DNA from: Eledone cirrhosa
Taxonomy: Eukaryota
Assembly: GCA_964016885.1 (NCBI GenBank)
Contig: OZ024740.1
Coordinates: 374,604,001-374,668,000, forward strand
Direction of reading: 5' to 3'
Length of the DNA stretch: 64,000 nt
Shown here piece after piece: positions 1 through 14,200 of this stretch. The notes below the pieces were generated by a model, which searched no databases, was not told the DNA's origin, and worked only from the letters and a program-made list of their open reading frames with translations. How positions within the stretch are numbered: position 1 is the first letter of the stretch; each line of letters starts with the position of its first letter. Made by a program: the position numbers and the translations under genes.

Positions 1-1427
1 AATTAACTGACATGGCCAATAATATAATGATACACTAGCAACAGGTTTGAACTAACGAAAACCAAATCAAATAGTGTTGAAAATAACTAAATATTTAACA
101 GTATTAAATGTAACCATAATTTCTCTAGAATACTATTTCAGAGGATATAAGAGCGTTCTACTCTCATAACGAAATAGAAGTAATATCAATTCCCGCCTTG
201 TAATAGTCATGCAGCAACTATTCCCATGCAACAGCTAGACATTGATTTTCCGTTCTTCTGTTGCTTTAATTTATGGTAAATGATTTCTATTGATTTTTTT
301 TGGAAATTTGATTGGACGATAATGAGTACAACAGAATTACAATTTAATACCAATGCAAATTATCACGTCACTTTACACGTATCTACAGAATAAATTAATA
401 CAACATCCTCAGTCTACTAATTGTGGACCATATATCAGCCAAATGAACAATTATGTAAATATAATATGTAACAGATTAGCCAAAGTGGTATCGAATTGAA
501 ATCGGCTTCATAGGTACTCACAACACACATAGAAACAGCATATGATTACATCGTCTTACGAGAATTTTCATTTATCAAATTTATATTGGTGAGATCAGAG
601 TAAACTTGAGTTTTCTCTTTTTAAATGAAATGCAAATATCCCTTTGCACATATTCTGAGTTTCTCGAAATTTTTTAGTAAATTAGGTTTCTGTGTGATCG
701 TTCATGACTAGAAATTAACATCATTCACATATATATGCTTTCAATAAATGTATATAATTTTCGAATGCTACGTCGGTCTAACGTCTGAGCAATTAAAGTG
801 TCAGGGGAAAATCTACTCTCCTGAAAACCATATGTTTCACTACACGGATTGACAAAGAGCAATCTAGTGCATTGAAAAGCGAGAACTTTGTATGACAATG
901 TAGTTCTAAATGCAATATACGTGAGAAAAGAAAAAAGGCGTTAATGTCTGGAAATTGTTTCATCATTGTTCAGCTGGAGCGGGATTCGAATGGTTTAAGC
1001 AATATAATAAATACACTAGAGTGCCCTCTCACTATTTACAATTTGCCACACATCCAAATTATACAAAGCATTATTAACATTGATGTGAATTCTTATATTC
1101 ATCGTTACACTATATGAACAATTTCCATCTATCATCACGAGATCATACATAGTGTGACCTCGTTATTTTAATCCCCTAATGTGTTAGATTAACATGCATA
1201 TTAGAGCGTCGAACAAACGGCTTGCAGATTTTTAAGTTCTGTTTTCAAATCCCATCGCGGTATTTGCCTTCAGCCATTTCGTGTTGCACAAAGAAACATG
1301 ATGCCCATTATTTAGGGTTTTAGGGTGTTACATGTATGTATATAAGTGTGCAATATTGTGTGTGTGTGTGTGTGTTTCCTTGTGGGCATGATTCCGGAGC
1401 TAGCAATATGATGTATGTATATATATA

Positions 1428-1556
1428 TATATTAAGACAGGGGGGAAGAAAAAATGGCTTCACTTGTGCTTTCAACAAATTTATTTTCTTCACAAAATCC
1501 AAAAATAATTTTTTTTTTTTTTTTCCCCGATTAGAAAAAAAAATGTTTTTCTTAAA
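1428..1556. repeat. Third copy of the arm of the 2200-2545 palindrome
   Basis: tatattaagacaggggg-aagaaaaaatggcttcacttgtgctttcaacaaatttattttcttcacaaaatcc matches about 2418-2545. Confidence 0.85.
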
Positions 1557-2199
1557 AAACATTTTTTATTTTATAAATTAACTTAGGTCTTAGGAGTTCT
1601 TGGTTAACGTAGGAGGTATTGTTTCGTTTTTAGAACGACCTTTCACGCTGAGGTGCGCTTGTCAAACTGATGTGTATGTGGTGTGTTGTTCTATATATAG
1701 GGATTTAACATGTCTGTGGTGGGGGTTTTTTTCTCCCCCTTTTAATAAGTGTATGGGTGTAGGTGTGTTGAAAAAGTGTTAATAGCAGTAATGAGTTGAG
1801 ACGGTGAGTAGGGTTGGGTGGGGAGAAATGTAGCAAGTGCGGCCTGCCCCGGTCATTCTCGAAAAATTCCTTTATTCAGGGGATTTCTTTGTGTTGAGAA
1901 TGGTCACAGGCAAATTGCACCTGCCAAGTTTGTAAACAATTATTTTTTTCTGAAGAATTTTTCTACGTCCATCCCAAAATTAGTCCTTTGTTCAACACAC
2001 ACATATGTGCGTATATACGTACATACACACACGGGCATATGTAGGAATATATAGGCACACACCATCAATCACACACCCATGTACATATACATCCACATAC
2101 ATACACAAAACATATAAAGACACATATAAAAACACATATACACATACGTATACACACGAATATGTACTCATACCTCCTTATAAAATAAATAAAAAATTT

Positions 2200-2352
2200 T
2201 AAGAAAAAAAAAAAAAATGTTTCTAATCCAGAAAAAAAAATATATATTTTTGGATTTTGTGAAGAAAATAAATTTGTTGAAAGCACAAGTGAAGCCATTT
2301 CTTCTTCCTCCTGTCTTAATATACCTAACTGTACCAATAATTACACACATTT

Positions 2353-2388
<36 letters not shown>

Positions 2389-2545
2389 AAATGTGTGTAA
2401 TTCTTGGTACAGTTAGGTATATTAAGACAGGAGGAAGAAGAAATGGCTTCACTTGTGCTTTCAACAAATTTATTTTCTTCACAAAATCCAAAAATAATAT
2501 TTTTTTTTTTTCCGGAATAGAAACATTTTTTTTTTTTTTTCTTAA
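2200..2545. repeat. Near-perfect palindrome (arms about 160 bp) centred on (TA)n
   Basis: 2200-2356 is the reverse complement of 2385-2545; the centre 2357-2384 is (TA)n. Confidence 0.95.
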
Positions 2546-3117
2546 AAAAAATCTATATATATATATATTTATATATATACATTGAAGTAGAAACAAGTAC
2601 GTTACACTTTACTTTATTTTATTGATTGCATACTTTCTGTTACACGTATTTCGATTATAACAGTTATGTAACATTTACTGCTTCATTATATAGCTATTAA
2701 ATGAACAGAGAATCACATGAACAGAGAGTATGCATGCAAATTCCCTTCTCTGATATGTGTTATTGGAGTTATTCGTCCCAGACCCTTCTGACATATATGC
2801 ATGTATGTATGTGTGCGTCTTTGCGAGTGTGAAGTGATGTTCCTCTGTCGGTTCCGACGTGTAGTGTTCCAGGTGAAATGGTTGACACAACAGCCTCTTC
2901 GTAATATTACCGTGCAAATCAGTGATCATTCCAGACACATCTACGCTTAAACTAGTATCCAGAGATATTTACCGCCAATCATGGTATGACAAAGATGGTA
3001 AATTGAATTACAGGTAAGTTTCATTTTAGTGAACAGAAGCAAGGTGAATCAAACTGAATACCTACATTTGTGAACTAAACATCCTAAGCACTAAGCCATA
3101 CATGTCGTGGAATCGTC

Positions 3118-3732
3118 AAGAAACAACTTACTCATGAAACTAAAAGGAGGGCAATCGGTCAGTAAGTGCAATTGTAAATAATTCTCGGGTTTTGTCTGCA
3201 CGACAACGGTCTTGCAAACGACTTCTATCTGAACAAGTTTAATTATAAAGTCAAATTAATCTGATGCCATTGCAAATTGCATGTACCGAAGACGACATGT
3301 GGTGGAATCGAACTTAGGTATTTTAATGGATAAGCACCTGTCTCATCTATTATGCCAGGTTGCGCCAATTGCCATACACACACACACACACACACACGTA
3401 CACACAGATACATATATATGTGTGTGCTTGACTCTTTATTTGTGCATGTATGTGTGTGTTTGTCTGTGCATGTATGGCAATTGACGCAACCTGGTATAAT
3501 GGATGAGACAGGTGCTTATCCATTAAAATACCTAAGTTCGATTCCACCACATCTCGTCTTCGGTACATGTAATTTGCAATGGCATCAGATTGACTTTGAC
3601 TTTATAATTAAACTTGTTCAGATAGAAGTCGTTTGCAAGACCGTTGTCGTGCAGACAAAACCCGAGAATTATTTACAATTGCACTTACTGACCGATTGCC
3701 CTCCTTTTACTTTCATGAGTAAGTTGTTTCTT
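3118..3732. repeat. Fold-back inverted repeat, arms about 260 bp, (CA)/(TG) spacer
   Basis: aagaaacaacttactcatgaaa...ttgccatac (3118-3377) mirrored by gtatggcaa...tttcatgagtaagttgtttctt (3472-3732) with few mismatches. Confidence 0.95.
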
Positions 3733-4479
3733 TGCTCAAATTAGAACATTCATTGCTGACGTCAACTGAGGACCATTCAGTTTTCATTTCAATATGCATA
3801 TTAGTAACCTATTCGTCGTTTCACCGAACATCCCTTTCTGTACGGTCGTCCTCATATCATTTCTTCTATCAGCAGCAATTTACTTTCAATTTCCTCGCAA
3901 CGCAAATTACTTGTTTTCATATAGGCTTGTCGCAAACATATTCTGGCAATATATATTATCATAACAGATAAGTGTTTCGCTACACATTGCATTTTTTAAG
4001 TTGTGCTAGTTACACCGTCACTATAACTTACAGATAATGAGATTCACACTGCACGTAATGCTGCTGATAGCTGCAAGCTACATCAACTCTCAATATGTAG
4101 AAAAAGAAGCTTTGAACCACTATATTATTTCAATATTGACTTGACAGAAAGAGGGCACGTTTGTCAGAAATTGATAGGGAAAATTCTTATGCTCATACAT
4201 TTCATTTCTGAAATGAGATTATAAATGGAATTGAAATGGATTAAAGTGAATTTCCCGAACATTGACACTCTATCATTTCAAGCGCGGATATTCCGAATCA
4301 ATACTAATCAAACTCCGTGCGCAAAAGTAATACGCTTATTTTTGTGTTCTCTTTGCGTATACATTTACTGTTGAATGAATGATTTACAGACAATACATTG
4401 AACACTGAAAAGTATCTGATAGACTTTGTTCTAGAAAGAAATTCAACCTCGCTGGGATTTTGGAGTCATGACGTAAAGA

Positions 4480-5612
4480 GAGAGTAAAGGCAGAAGATAT
4501 GGGATGAAGTTGGGATTAAGCTAGAATCAGACTTCAGATCTGCAAATAAAGTCTTCAGGCAGACCATCCACTAACTTCGCTATACAAACAAGCCCTCATC
4601 CACACCTGCTATGAGGAACGCCTCTGGACGTCAGAGAGGTGCATCCACGCGAGGTGGAGAGGATTATTTACTGATCACTTAAACACGATAACAACAATAT
4701 CTTCTGATGTATATGAGGTGTATGGTAATCTGGAGTGATTATCCCTGTTTTTGAAATGGGAGACATGTGAGTTTGTTCCAATTACAGATGGATCTCCTCG
4801 TTTAGCATGCCCGCTAAAGTTTCCGCTAGATTTTTGGAAGAGATATGCAGGGAGATTGCCGAGACCAAGCTAGCTGATGAACAATGCGGTTTTTTACGTA
4901 GAAGCAGCACAGCATACCAGGTATTCACAATGCAGCAGGTAATGGAGGAATCATGGGAGTTTTGACAAGAGGTATATTTTTGTTGTATAGACGTCTAAAA
5001 GTCAAATGGCAGCATTCCTCGGATTTTGTTGTCGATTTTTCTTTAGGAGTATAGGATCAATGATTAACTTCTTGCTGCCACCATGTCTCTATACGAATCG
5101 CTGCGTATTTGTGTTCAGATAGATGGTGCGAAATGAAAATCATCCAAAGTGGGAGTCGGATCCCACCAAGGGTGCGTACTGCCAGCTCTTCCATTCGTTA
5201 TTTACATGAACAAGTTGGCAAGCGCAGCCGTGTTAGAAGTGTTATCACTGGTGGGTGTAAATTCGACAGAAGATGATCTTCGGCTTGCACTTGTAGTATC
5301 TAGGCCGGGTGCTGCATGGCTGAAATGAAAATCAATGCTGCGAAAACTGAGACACTTTTCATCTGAAGAAAGCCTGCGCAATGCATTCTACATGTGAATG
5401 GATTTCCCTTGAAGTGGCTGGAGACATTCACGAGTGATGGAATACAAGAGACTAAATTAAGTGCAAGGATGGCAGGAGATTTTGCAGTAATGCGCCAGCT
5501 TCAGCATTAGATAATTAGAAACATGGGAGGTACTCGTAAAAGCGAAACTCGCTATCTTCAATTCTGTGTTTGTGGCAACGCTTACATGTGGTCATAAACC
5601 CTTGGCAATGAT
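4480..5612 (+). mobile_element. Degenerate RTE-clade LINE reverse transcriptase fragment
   Basis: Broken frames give WDEVG..LESDF.SANKVF, NYR.IS..S.P.KV, EQCGF, QGCVL; many stops and frameshifts. Confidence 0.75.
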
Positions 5613-5897
5613 CGTGTGTGTGTGTGCGAATACGAATATATATATATATATATATGTGTGTGTATGTGCGTATACGAATATATATATACGTGTGAGTGTG
5701 TGTGTGTGCGAATAGGAATATATATATGTGTGTGTGTGTGTGTGTAGGACATCCGAAATATTTCTTATGAATGATTTCTAATGAATGAAACTGCTCTAGT
5801 CCTGTAGAATTCTTTTCTATATATAATAACAATGCCTATAATCTACTAATGTATCGAGTATATATTTTTTAAATGCCGTTACCCCCTACACAACTTG

Positions 5898-6030
<133 letters not shown>

Positions 6031-6405
6031 TTATAAATATATATATAAGTATCTATACGTACATACATATATGTATACAGACGTATGTATATACATACAT
6101 GCACACATATACATATGTACGTATGGGTTTTCCGAACATTTATTATAATGCTCGATTTGTTTGTAAACAAACAGCCCGAATTATTATCCGTACAGTATTT
6201 GGCAACCATCCTTGCCATTTTGTTCAAAACTGACAAAGGAACGATGAACTAGTTTCTAGCTTATTAGCTGTCATCAGCACTGTATACCTTCCTATCAATT
6301 GATTGAACGTTTGAAACAATATACTTTCCTTATGCATATTAACGGCTGAGCAGCCTAATTTGCATATCGAGTGAGTTAGTCGGCCGGGCGTACCGAAAAG
6401 GATAA

Positions 6406-6476
6406 ATGGAAAAAATGGAATATCATTTCTCACTTACCGTACTAAGAGTGAGAAATGAAATTTCATTTTTTCCATC
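6406..6476. repeat. About 30-bp-stem hairpin
   Basis: atggaaaaaatggaatatcatttctcact ... agtgagaaatgaaatttcattttttccat. Confidence 0.85.
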
Positions 6477-7164
6477 TAAGGCTAAGTTTTGTATAATATA
6501 GCCATAGTGCAATTAGAGATATATGTGGGTCTTGTCGGGCATGCTTTGGCATTCATATTTAAGATTAATTTTGATTTCAAAAACAATATATAAATATTAC
6601 AAGGGTTTCTACCGTGTCTTTTCATTAGCTCAGCTTTATTTGTATTATATGTTCATTGTGATTACCGGTAAATTAGCTGTTTGTTCAACCACCTCGATAT
6701 CAGAAACTGTTTTTGATACGTCCAATTTATCCGATTACCGTTTCAGATGGAGTTGATTATAATTGTACATAATGTATAACTTCCTATAATTTGTTCTATA
6801 TATATTTGCCACACGTAGTTTTCTTAATAATATTAATTATTGTTAATGAAGTCTTTTATAACTATATTATCGTCGTTATTGCAAATTTTATTGTATTTAA
6901 TTGAACGTATTTTATAAAAATTGAGACGATAAAGAAGCATTTTTAATTACACAGAAAGAACATCACAACTAACAAGCATAGCCTTAATAATTTCTAGTTT
7001 CTTTGTTTTTCATTTAGTTTTGTGCTTTTCACAGTTTATCTGAAAATTTGAAATTGTATTATCGGGCATAAATTCTCTAATGCTTTCAACTTCACTATTC
7101 CTAAGGTGTTTCATAAATACTGCGTGAAAAAACTTTGATTTTCTGTTAATTTATACATTATAAA

Positions 7165-7525
7165 TCTTCTTCTTCTTCTTCTTCTTCTTCTTCTTCTTCT
7201 TCTTCTTCTTCTTCTTCTTCTTCTTCTTCTTCTTCTTCTTCTTCTTCTTCTTCTTCTTCTTCTTCTTCTTCTTCTTCTCCTTCTTCTTCTTCTTCTTCTT
7301 CTTCTGTGCCCTCTTATTTCTGAAAAGGTTGTGGACGCAGTGCCGTCAAGCACTCCTACCACCTGGTCCTGTCAGAAGCAACTGTATGCAATTGATCCAG
7401 TTGGATCCCCAGCAAGACCAGCCAATGTCATGGATGTTATCCAACCATCTTGCTCTGGGTCTAACCCTGGGTCTCTTGTGAGTTGGTTTTGTCCGTAACA
7501 TCTGTCCAGCAACTGTTTCCTGTAT
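7165..7525 (-). mobile_element. RTE-clade LINE 3' end with (AAG)n tail
   Basis: Minus frame KRPRVRPRARWLDNI, typical of the RTE C-terminal 'RxxGRPxxRWxD', followed by (GAA)n at 7305-7165. Confidence 0.8.
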
Positions 7526-8934
7526 GATGATACTTGCTAACGGCAACGTAAATGTAACACATCTATATCCTCAACTGATTATATACAATTTCAACTTGTA
7601 TGATAGTTTTGTACTGTTTTCTAATTATGGAAGGATCATATATATGTCACGTGTGCTAATTTTGTTTTGTATAACAGTTCGATATTGCAGTTACAGGTTT
7701 TATCAGACGAGAGGTAATGTAATACACAAAAGAGCTAACGATCGGAACTACTACGTTTCTTTCACAGTGTCAGATTATGTAAAATATCCAACTTACAAAT
7801 ATATGTAAATATTTGCATTCACGATAATGCTAAACAAGTGAAATTGCTTTATTCTGAAATTCCTGTTAAAAGCGCTTACTTTATAACATTGAACAAACAC
7901 ATTACATGTGTTGGAAAAACAACGCTAACATATATTTCATATAGGACAATAAACATGACAAGGGAACTAATCGTTATATATTACACATTAGTTACGGAGT
8001 ATTGAATCCACGCACATAACATTAGATGCCACGGAATAAACTCATTATTTGAACATTACGCTTTTGATATGTCATGTCACAATGTACTTTAAAGTGATAT
8101 AATATTACTATAAAACAATCTTTTTTAAAATTTAAGATAGGAGAAGTGTATCGAGGTTTACTCCACAAATAAACAGGTGTGGACAAGGAGCGTGTGTTAT
8201 GTACAGAATGGTAAAACAAGAAAGAATTAACACTAATATACGAACATCGATTTTCAACAGTTTGTTAGGATCAATTATAACGAATGTGAATTGAAATTGT
8301 TCATGTTTCTACACGATTATACATTTTGATTGTAAATAATGACATGAATTTGTAGAAACACGGTTTCGTAGGTTGATTAATTTATTTAATCATGAGAAAA
8401 CTTTACAGAACTAATGTTAGAACACTTAATATTCGTGAATAATATCGATACATTCGCAGGGTTGTTGCAAAGCTGCCTATTCTCTTAAAATAATATACTA
8501 AAGCGTTTGCTTATGAATATGAATATATGGCTCTCCTGAATGTGAATCCGTTTCAAAATGTCAGAGTATTACAGCTAATGTTTATATCATAACATTCATC
8601 TGTCAAGAGCAATACTCTGAAGAGTCGAAGTTCCATCATTGTTACAACTATAATTTAACTATTCAACCTCGGCTTAGAACTCTGTTAAATATTGAATATG
8701 AGGAAAGTAAGAGATATTAGTTATATTGAGTCAACAAGTAAAGAAAATCAAGATCTGATCATAATGAATAATATCGGGATCACTTGAGGCTTTGAATCCC
8801 GGAGGATGATATGTATTAAATTGCATTGTGTTACTGTCAATAGAAGATACAAAACAGATAATCAGAGTGTACTCTACTTTTCAGACTCCGTTTATGACTA
8901 TTTGGTGAAAATGTCAAAAGCATGTCATTCAGAT

Positions 8935-8941
8935 AAATAAC

Positions 8942-8993
<52 letters not shown>
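8935..8993. repeat. (TAA)n microsatellite, target of the Dong-like elements
   Basis: Further (TAA)n tracts at 10007-10066, 14989-15030, 18663-18687 and 32389-32423 each abut an element 3' end. Confidence 0.97.
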
Positions 8994-8999
<6 letters not shown>

Positions 9000-10005
9000 T
9001 TCAGAAGTCCCATTTACTGCTGAAATGGAAAACACAGAAAAAGCAAAGCAGGTAAAGTAACTGCAAAGAAAGAACTGCTACAGAAACTGGCTAAGAAATG
9101 GCACGAAAAGCCTCTGTATGGAAAATACCCAGAGCGAGCTAACAATCCTGATGTTGACAAAACTTTAACCCATCAGTGGTTGGCATCCTCTGGACTGAAA
9201 TCGGAGACTGAAGGACTGATTATATCGGCACAAGATCAGTGTCTGCCAACAAAAAATTACCAAGCCAACATAATAAAAAATGGGTGCAGCCCATTATGCC
9301 GTGTATGCAAAAAACAACCAGAGACCATTGACCATATAATTTCAATGTGCAGTCCTATAGCTCCAACCGAATACCTAAACAGGCATGACAGAGCTGCACA
9401 ATACATACATTGGATAACGTGAAAGCATTTTGACCTGCGCCATCAAAAGAATTGGTGGGAGCATCAACCACCTCCCATACTTGAAAAAGATCACATCTCA
9501 ATCTTGTGGAACTTTAGCATCCAAACAGACCGAAAAATAGATGCAAACAGACCTGATATAATATTGAAGGACTTTAAAAAGAGGGTATGCCTGCTAATTG
9601 ATATGTCTGTTCCAATAGACAAGAATGTACCTATAAAAACATTTGAAAAATTCAGCAAGTATAAGTACCTGGAGATAGAAATTGGAAAAATGTGGAAATT
9701 GAGAACTAAAACAATACCAGTGGTTGTAGGCGCTCTGGGAATGATACCTAAGGGGTCTAATGATTACGTATCGCAAATGCCAGGAAACCCGCGTATATGA
9801 GAAAACAAAAGATAGTACTAATGGGAACTGCCCATATACTAAGGAAGATTCTGTCATTATAAGTACATCAAAAGTCTAAACACTAAAGATGCATGTGTGA
9901 ATATGTATGTTCTTTCTTGAACATGGCGGACCTTGTTGTCTCTTGAGGTCACTGGTTGTGACTTGGTGATAACTCTTATGAACATAAAGCAAGATAAATG
10001 CAACT

Positions 10006-10006
<1 letters not shown>
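8994..10006 (+). mobile_element. 5'-truncated R4/Dong-like LINE, family A (zinc knuckle, RLE, 3' UTR)
   Basis: CRVC..H....C knuckle and RPD..D..K..KY RLE motif; nearly identical to 13979-14988; (TAA)n on both sides. Confidence 0.93.
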
Positions 10007-10066
<60 letters not shown>

Positions 10067-10738
10067 GGGAAGAAGACGCACGTGGTGGTAGAAGGTCATG
10101 AAATCGCTCCCGTAAGTTTTTGATTTTTAACATATTTAAATCAATTGTGAAATAACAATTCTTAGTACAAATGATGCATAAACCACCGAATCAAGTCCCA
10201 TAAAATTTCGGATCCATATTAGATTGTTATATCGCTCAAATATTCAATTTTGTATTATATATTTTGTATTCAAAAAAGAAAATGGTTATAAATGGAAGAA
10301 AACACCCGCTGTCTACACTATATAGAACAGCCAAATAAAAGCGATTTCACCAACACCAGAAACTTGATACATCACCTACTCCATCACACTAAATATAACA
10401 GCCAGATAACGGCAATTTCACCACCACCACCACCAATCCCAGCATCATAATAATAATTACTATTATTAGTCTCAAGTTTTAACAAAATGTTTAATTCCAA
10501 TTTTACGGGAATATGTCAACACAAAATATATTAAACATACGCGACACAAACTCATAGATACTACATATCACAAAACTCAGTAACGACAACGCCACCGCCG
10601 CCACCACTCCATCCATCATTGTTACCACTATACCATCACCGCCGCCACCACTCCTTCATTGCTACCACCACTATTCCCCTGTTAACTTAAGAAAGGGGAA
10701 GGTGGCGGTATCACTAGACAAGGGAGAGGCTAGCAAAA

Positions 10739-10764
10739 GATATAAATAGATTGACTTAGTGACC
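10739..10764 (+). promoter_or_regulatory. TATA-like motif conserved in the Dong-like leaders
   Basis: tataaataga(t/c)tga....tgac at 10741, 19216 and 21028. Confidence 0.5.
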
Positions 10765-11211
10765 TGGCCAACGTCCAAACGTCAACAATCATCAACAACT
10801 ATGGCACTGCTGGCTCCACCCTTCCTCACCAACAATATAAAATGCCCCAGCACCACCGCCGACATAGCCAACAACAATAACAAGCAACTTCAGCAAAAAG
10901 TATATTATATTGTTGTAATGCACTGGGTAATTGCTGGCCTTGTGCCTGGAGTGGAGACAATTATTAATAATTTCATTCTTAAGCCACGCAATGCTCACAT
11001 TAAGGAACCACTCATGATAATAACAATTTAAAAAAAAAAAAAAAAGAAAAACCCCGTGACCAAGAAATACCGGGATGGCGGCCGGCGGGGAATAGCCGTG
11101 TCTCTAGGGGAGAACGACCCCTCTAGTCTTGGTTGACACTCGTTCTAGAAGTGGTAACACGAAATGATTACCCCTTGGCGGATAAGGATAAAACGCGACA
11201 AAATAAAGTAA

Positions 11212-14200
11212 ATGTCTAATGATAAAATCTCATACCGGATAGGACGTCACCCGGGTAAAAAAGGGCCGCGTCCCTCAGAGAGGAACCAGACTGGGGTCGA
11301 AAAATCAGCTAATGGTTCAAACCTTCCCATCACTTCGGAGCTGGAGACCTACCATAACCGGAATACTCCTACTGTTGGCCCTCCATGCTCACCACCAAGA
11401 AATCCACAGAAAAAGAGAGAAAAATGGTCAAGGGAAGATAATAAAGAAGTCCTTGAGGCTTTCTACACTGCCATGTACTACCCATCAAATACATCGAATA
11501 CAGAACAGACATATATCAATTGAAAAAAGAAACATACCGAAAACAGAGGCTATATTGACAGTAACAAACTAGCCAATATACGAAGAAATATTGTAAGAAA
11601 AAAGTTACTAACTGATATAGAAATTGATCAGATCAAGCTATTAGCACAAAGTCAGCGAAGGGAAAATGAAACATGTGTCAGTGAAAACGAGGTAAATTGT
11701 AACACGTCGAATCCCAGGTTTGGGGCGGAATCACTGGCAACAGAACAAATTAAAGAAAGGATCGAAAAAGTGGAGGGAGTGCATGCTCAGGATGAAACTC
11801 CAAATGATAATAATGAGATCGTAAATTATAAAGAATTGAATGAGAAGGAAATTGCCAACTTGAAGGATGAAATGATGATCGAATGGATGAAAATGAAAGA
11901 ATCTGACATGGGGCAACGAGACACGCTCTCTAAGATCCAGAACTCCAAACAGAACCAAAAGATAATACACAAGACTAACATAATTCTCAAAAGCATTATC
12001 ATCACAAACAAACTAAATATTACTGATTTAAATCATCTCTATTATGCATCGGCTAAAGTCACCACTCACTTATGTGGAGTGAAGATGAAAAAACAAAGGA
12101 ATTCCCACAAGAAATCTACTTGGCAAGAGAACATCAACCGCCAAATAAACCTTCTCCGATCAGACATAGAAATTTTAACAAACTATAAAGTAGGTGAACA
12201 TGTTAAACAAACTAAACTTAGAAAATTGAAAAGAAAGTACAGTATAAAATCAACAAGTGGCATAGACATGCTGATAGAAATAATCAAGCAAAAAGTGTCG
12301 GCCAAAGCTGCTTGTATAAGGCTCTTTGAAAAACGATCTAGATTCTATAAGGACAATAATATGTTCAAAAACAACCAAAGAAACTTCTACAGAAAAATTG
12401 GTGTGTCAACAATAACTGCTAAATCAATACCACCCAAGGAGGAAGTGCAAGAATTCTGGGAAAAGATCTGGGCCGAAGAAAAAGTTCATAACATACATAC
12501 CCCATGGATAGACAGACAAATGAAAGATACAGCTCACCTTGAGGAACAAATATGAGAAAATATAACAGTTGAACAGTTGCGCTTGGCTCTAAGAAAAACC
12601 AACAAATGGAAATCCCCAGGAAAAGACAAAATACAAAACTTTTGGATAAATGCCTTCAAAGAGTCTCATGACCTGTTAGCCCAACTTTACAATGAAATAG
12701 TTAAGGAGCCAGAAAAGATACCATCATGGCTAGTTAACGGCATTACATTCCTGCTTCCGAAGAATGATGAGACAAACAATCCCCAACATTACAGACCGAT
12801 AACTTGCTTGACGACAATGTATACAATTCTAACATCAGTCCTGGTGACCACCTGATATCAAATGATCTATTTCCCAATGAGCAGAAAGGGTGTAAACGAG
12901 GCTCATATGGCTGTAAAGATCAGCTTTTGGTTAACAAAATGATACTGGAAGATTGTCATAATAGACACAAACATCTATCGATTGCTTGGATAGATTATAA
13001 AAAAGCGTTCGATAGTTTGCCACACAGTTGGATTGAAAAATGTTTAGAGATTTTCAAAATATCCCCCGTTGTCAGGAGGTTTTTGTCATTCAGTATGAGG
13101 ACATGGAACACGACACTCCTTTCGAATAGTGAAACAAAATCACTAGAAGCTGGAGAAGTTAATATTAATTGTGGAATTTTTCAGGGTGACTCTTTATCAC
13201 CGCTTTTATTCTGCATCGCACTTATACCATTAAGTAAAATGCTCAATGAAACAAAACATGGATATAAAGTCTATGACAAAACCATTAATCACTTGTTCTA
13301 CTTGGATGACCTGAAACTATTTGCACAAAATGATGAACAATTGCAAGGGCTATCATCCACTGTGGAGCAGTTCAGTGATGACATTAAAATGGAGTTTGGA
13401 CTAGATAAATGCGCCAAAGCAACGTTCACCAGAGGAAAGCTGCTGAAAAGTTCAGACATTAATCTTGATCGGGGGAACGTGATGAGAGAACTTGATCAAG
13501 AAAAAACTTACAAATATCTAGGTGTCTGTGAAGGAGAATGAATCAAGCACTCGACAATGAGGGAAAGGATAAGGAAGGAATGTTACCGCAGAGTAAGAGC
13601 AATCTTAAGAACGGATTTGAATGCAAGGAATAGGATCGATGCCATAAACACGCTTGCCATACCAGTAGTAACCTACAGTTACAATATCATCAACTGGTCA
13701 AGCACAGAGATCCGTAGGCTCGATACAAAAATTAGAAAATTCTTAACCATGCACAGAATGCATCACCCTAAGGCATATATAGATAGAATATATCTCCCTA
13801 GGATAGAAGGAGGACGTGGGTTAATCCAGTTAGACATTGCGTTGAAAACCGCAACAATTGGATTATGTACACATCTAAGGGAATCACATAATTGGATGAT
13901 CAAACTCGTTTTGAAACACGAAAGCATCAAAAGATCATATTCCATTACAAAAGATGCACGAAGATACAGTAATGGACTACACATTTCAGAAGTCCCATTT
14001 ACTGCTGAAATGGAAAACACAGAAAAAGCAAAGCAGGTAAAAGTAACTGCAAAGAAAGAACTGCTACAGAAACTGGCTAAGAAATGGCAAGAAAAGCCTC
14101 TGTATGGAAAATACCCAGAGCGAGCTAACAATCCTGATGTTGACAAAACTTTAACCCATCAGTGGTTGGCATCCTCTGGACTGAAATCGGAGATTGAAGG

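Larger units (their letters stand above)
150..2970 (-). pseudogene. Possible relic exons of a C3/thioester-protein (TEP)-like gene, N-terminal part (MG2-like and linker-like)
   Basis: 2970-2860 reads ISLDTSLSVDVSGMITDLHGNITKRLLCQPFHL (cf. A2M/C3 MG2 'SLDxxLxP...IxDPxGNxIxQW'). About 210-175 reads DYYKAGIDITS (cf. C3 linker 'VFSDAGLTFTS'). Stops present; similarity judged by eye. Confidence 0.3.
6185..8833 (-). pseudogene. Possible relic exons of a C3/TEP-like gene, C-terminal part (MG8-like and C345C-like)
   Basis: After an AG acceptor at 8834: NTMQFNTYHPPGFKASSDPDIIHYDQILIFF (cf. MG8 'SNMAIxEVxLPSGF...LIIYLD'). About 8600: DECYDINISC. 6240-6185: SFVSFEQNGKDGCQILYG* (cf. C3 C-terminal 'F...GC'). 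Confidence 0.33.

Noticed and set aside
1311-1326. TTAGGG telomere-like units
   Set aside because: Only two imperfect units; expected by chance
1811-1976. Degenerate roughly 165-nt hairpin as a pre-miRNA
   Set aside because: Too long and mismatched; more likely an old fold-back remnant
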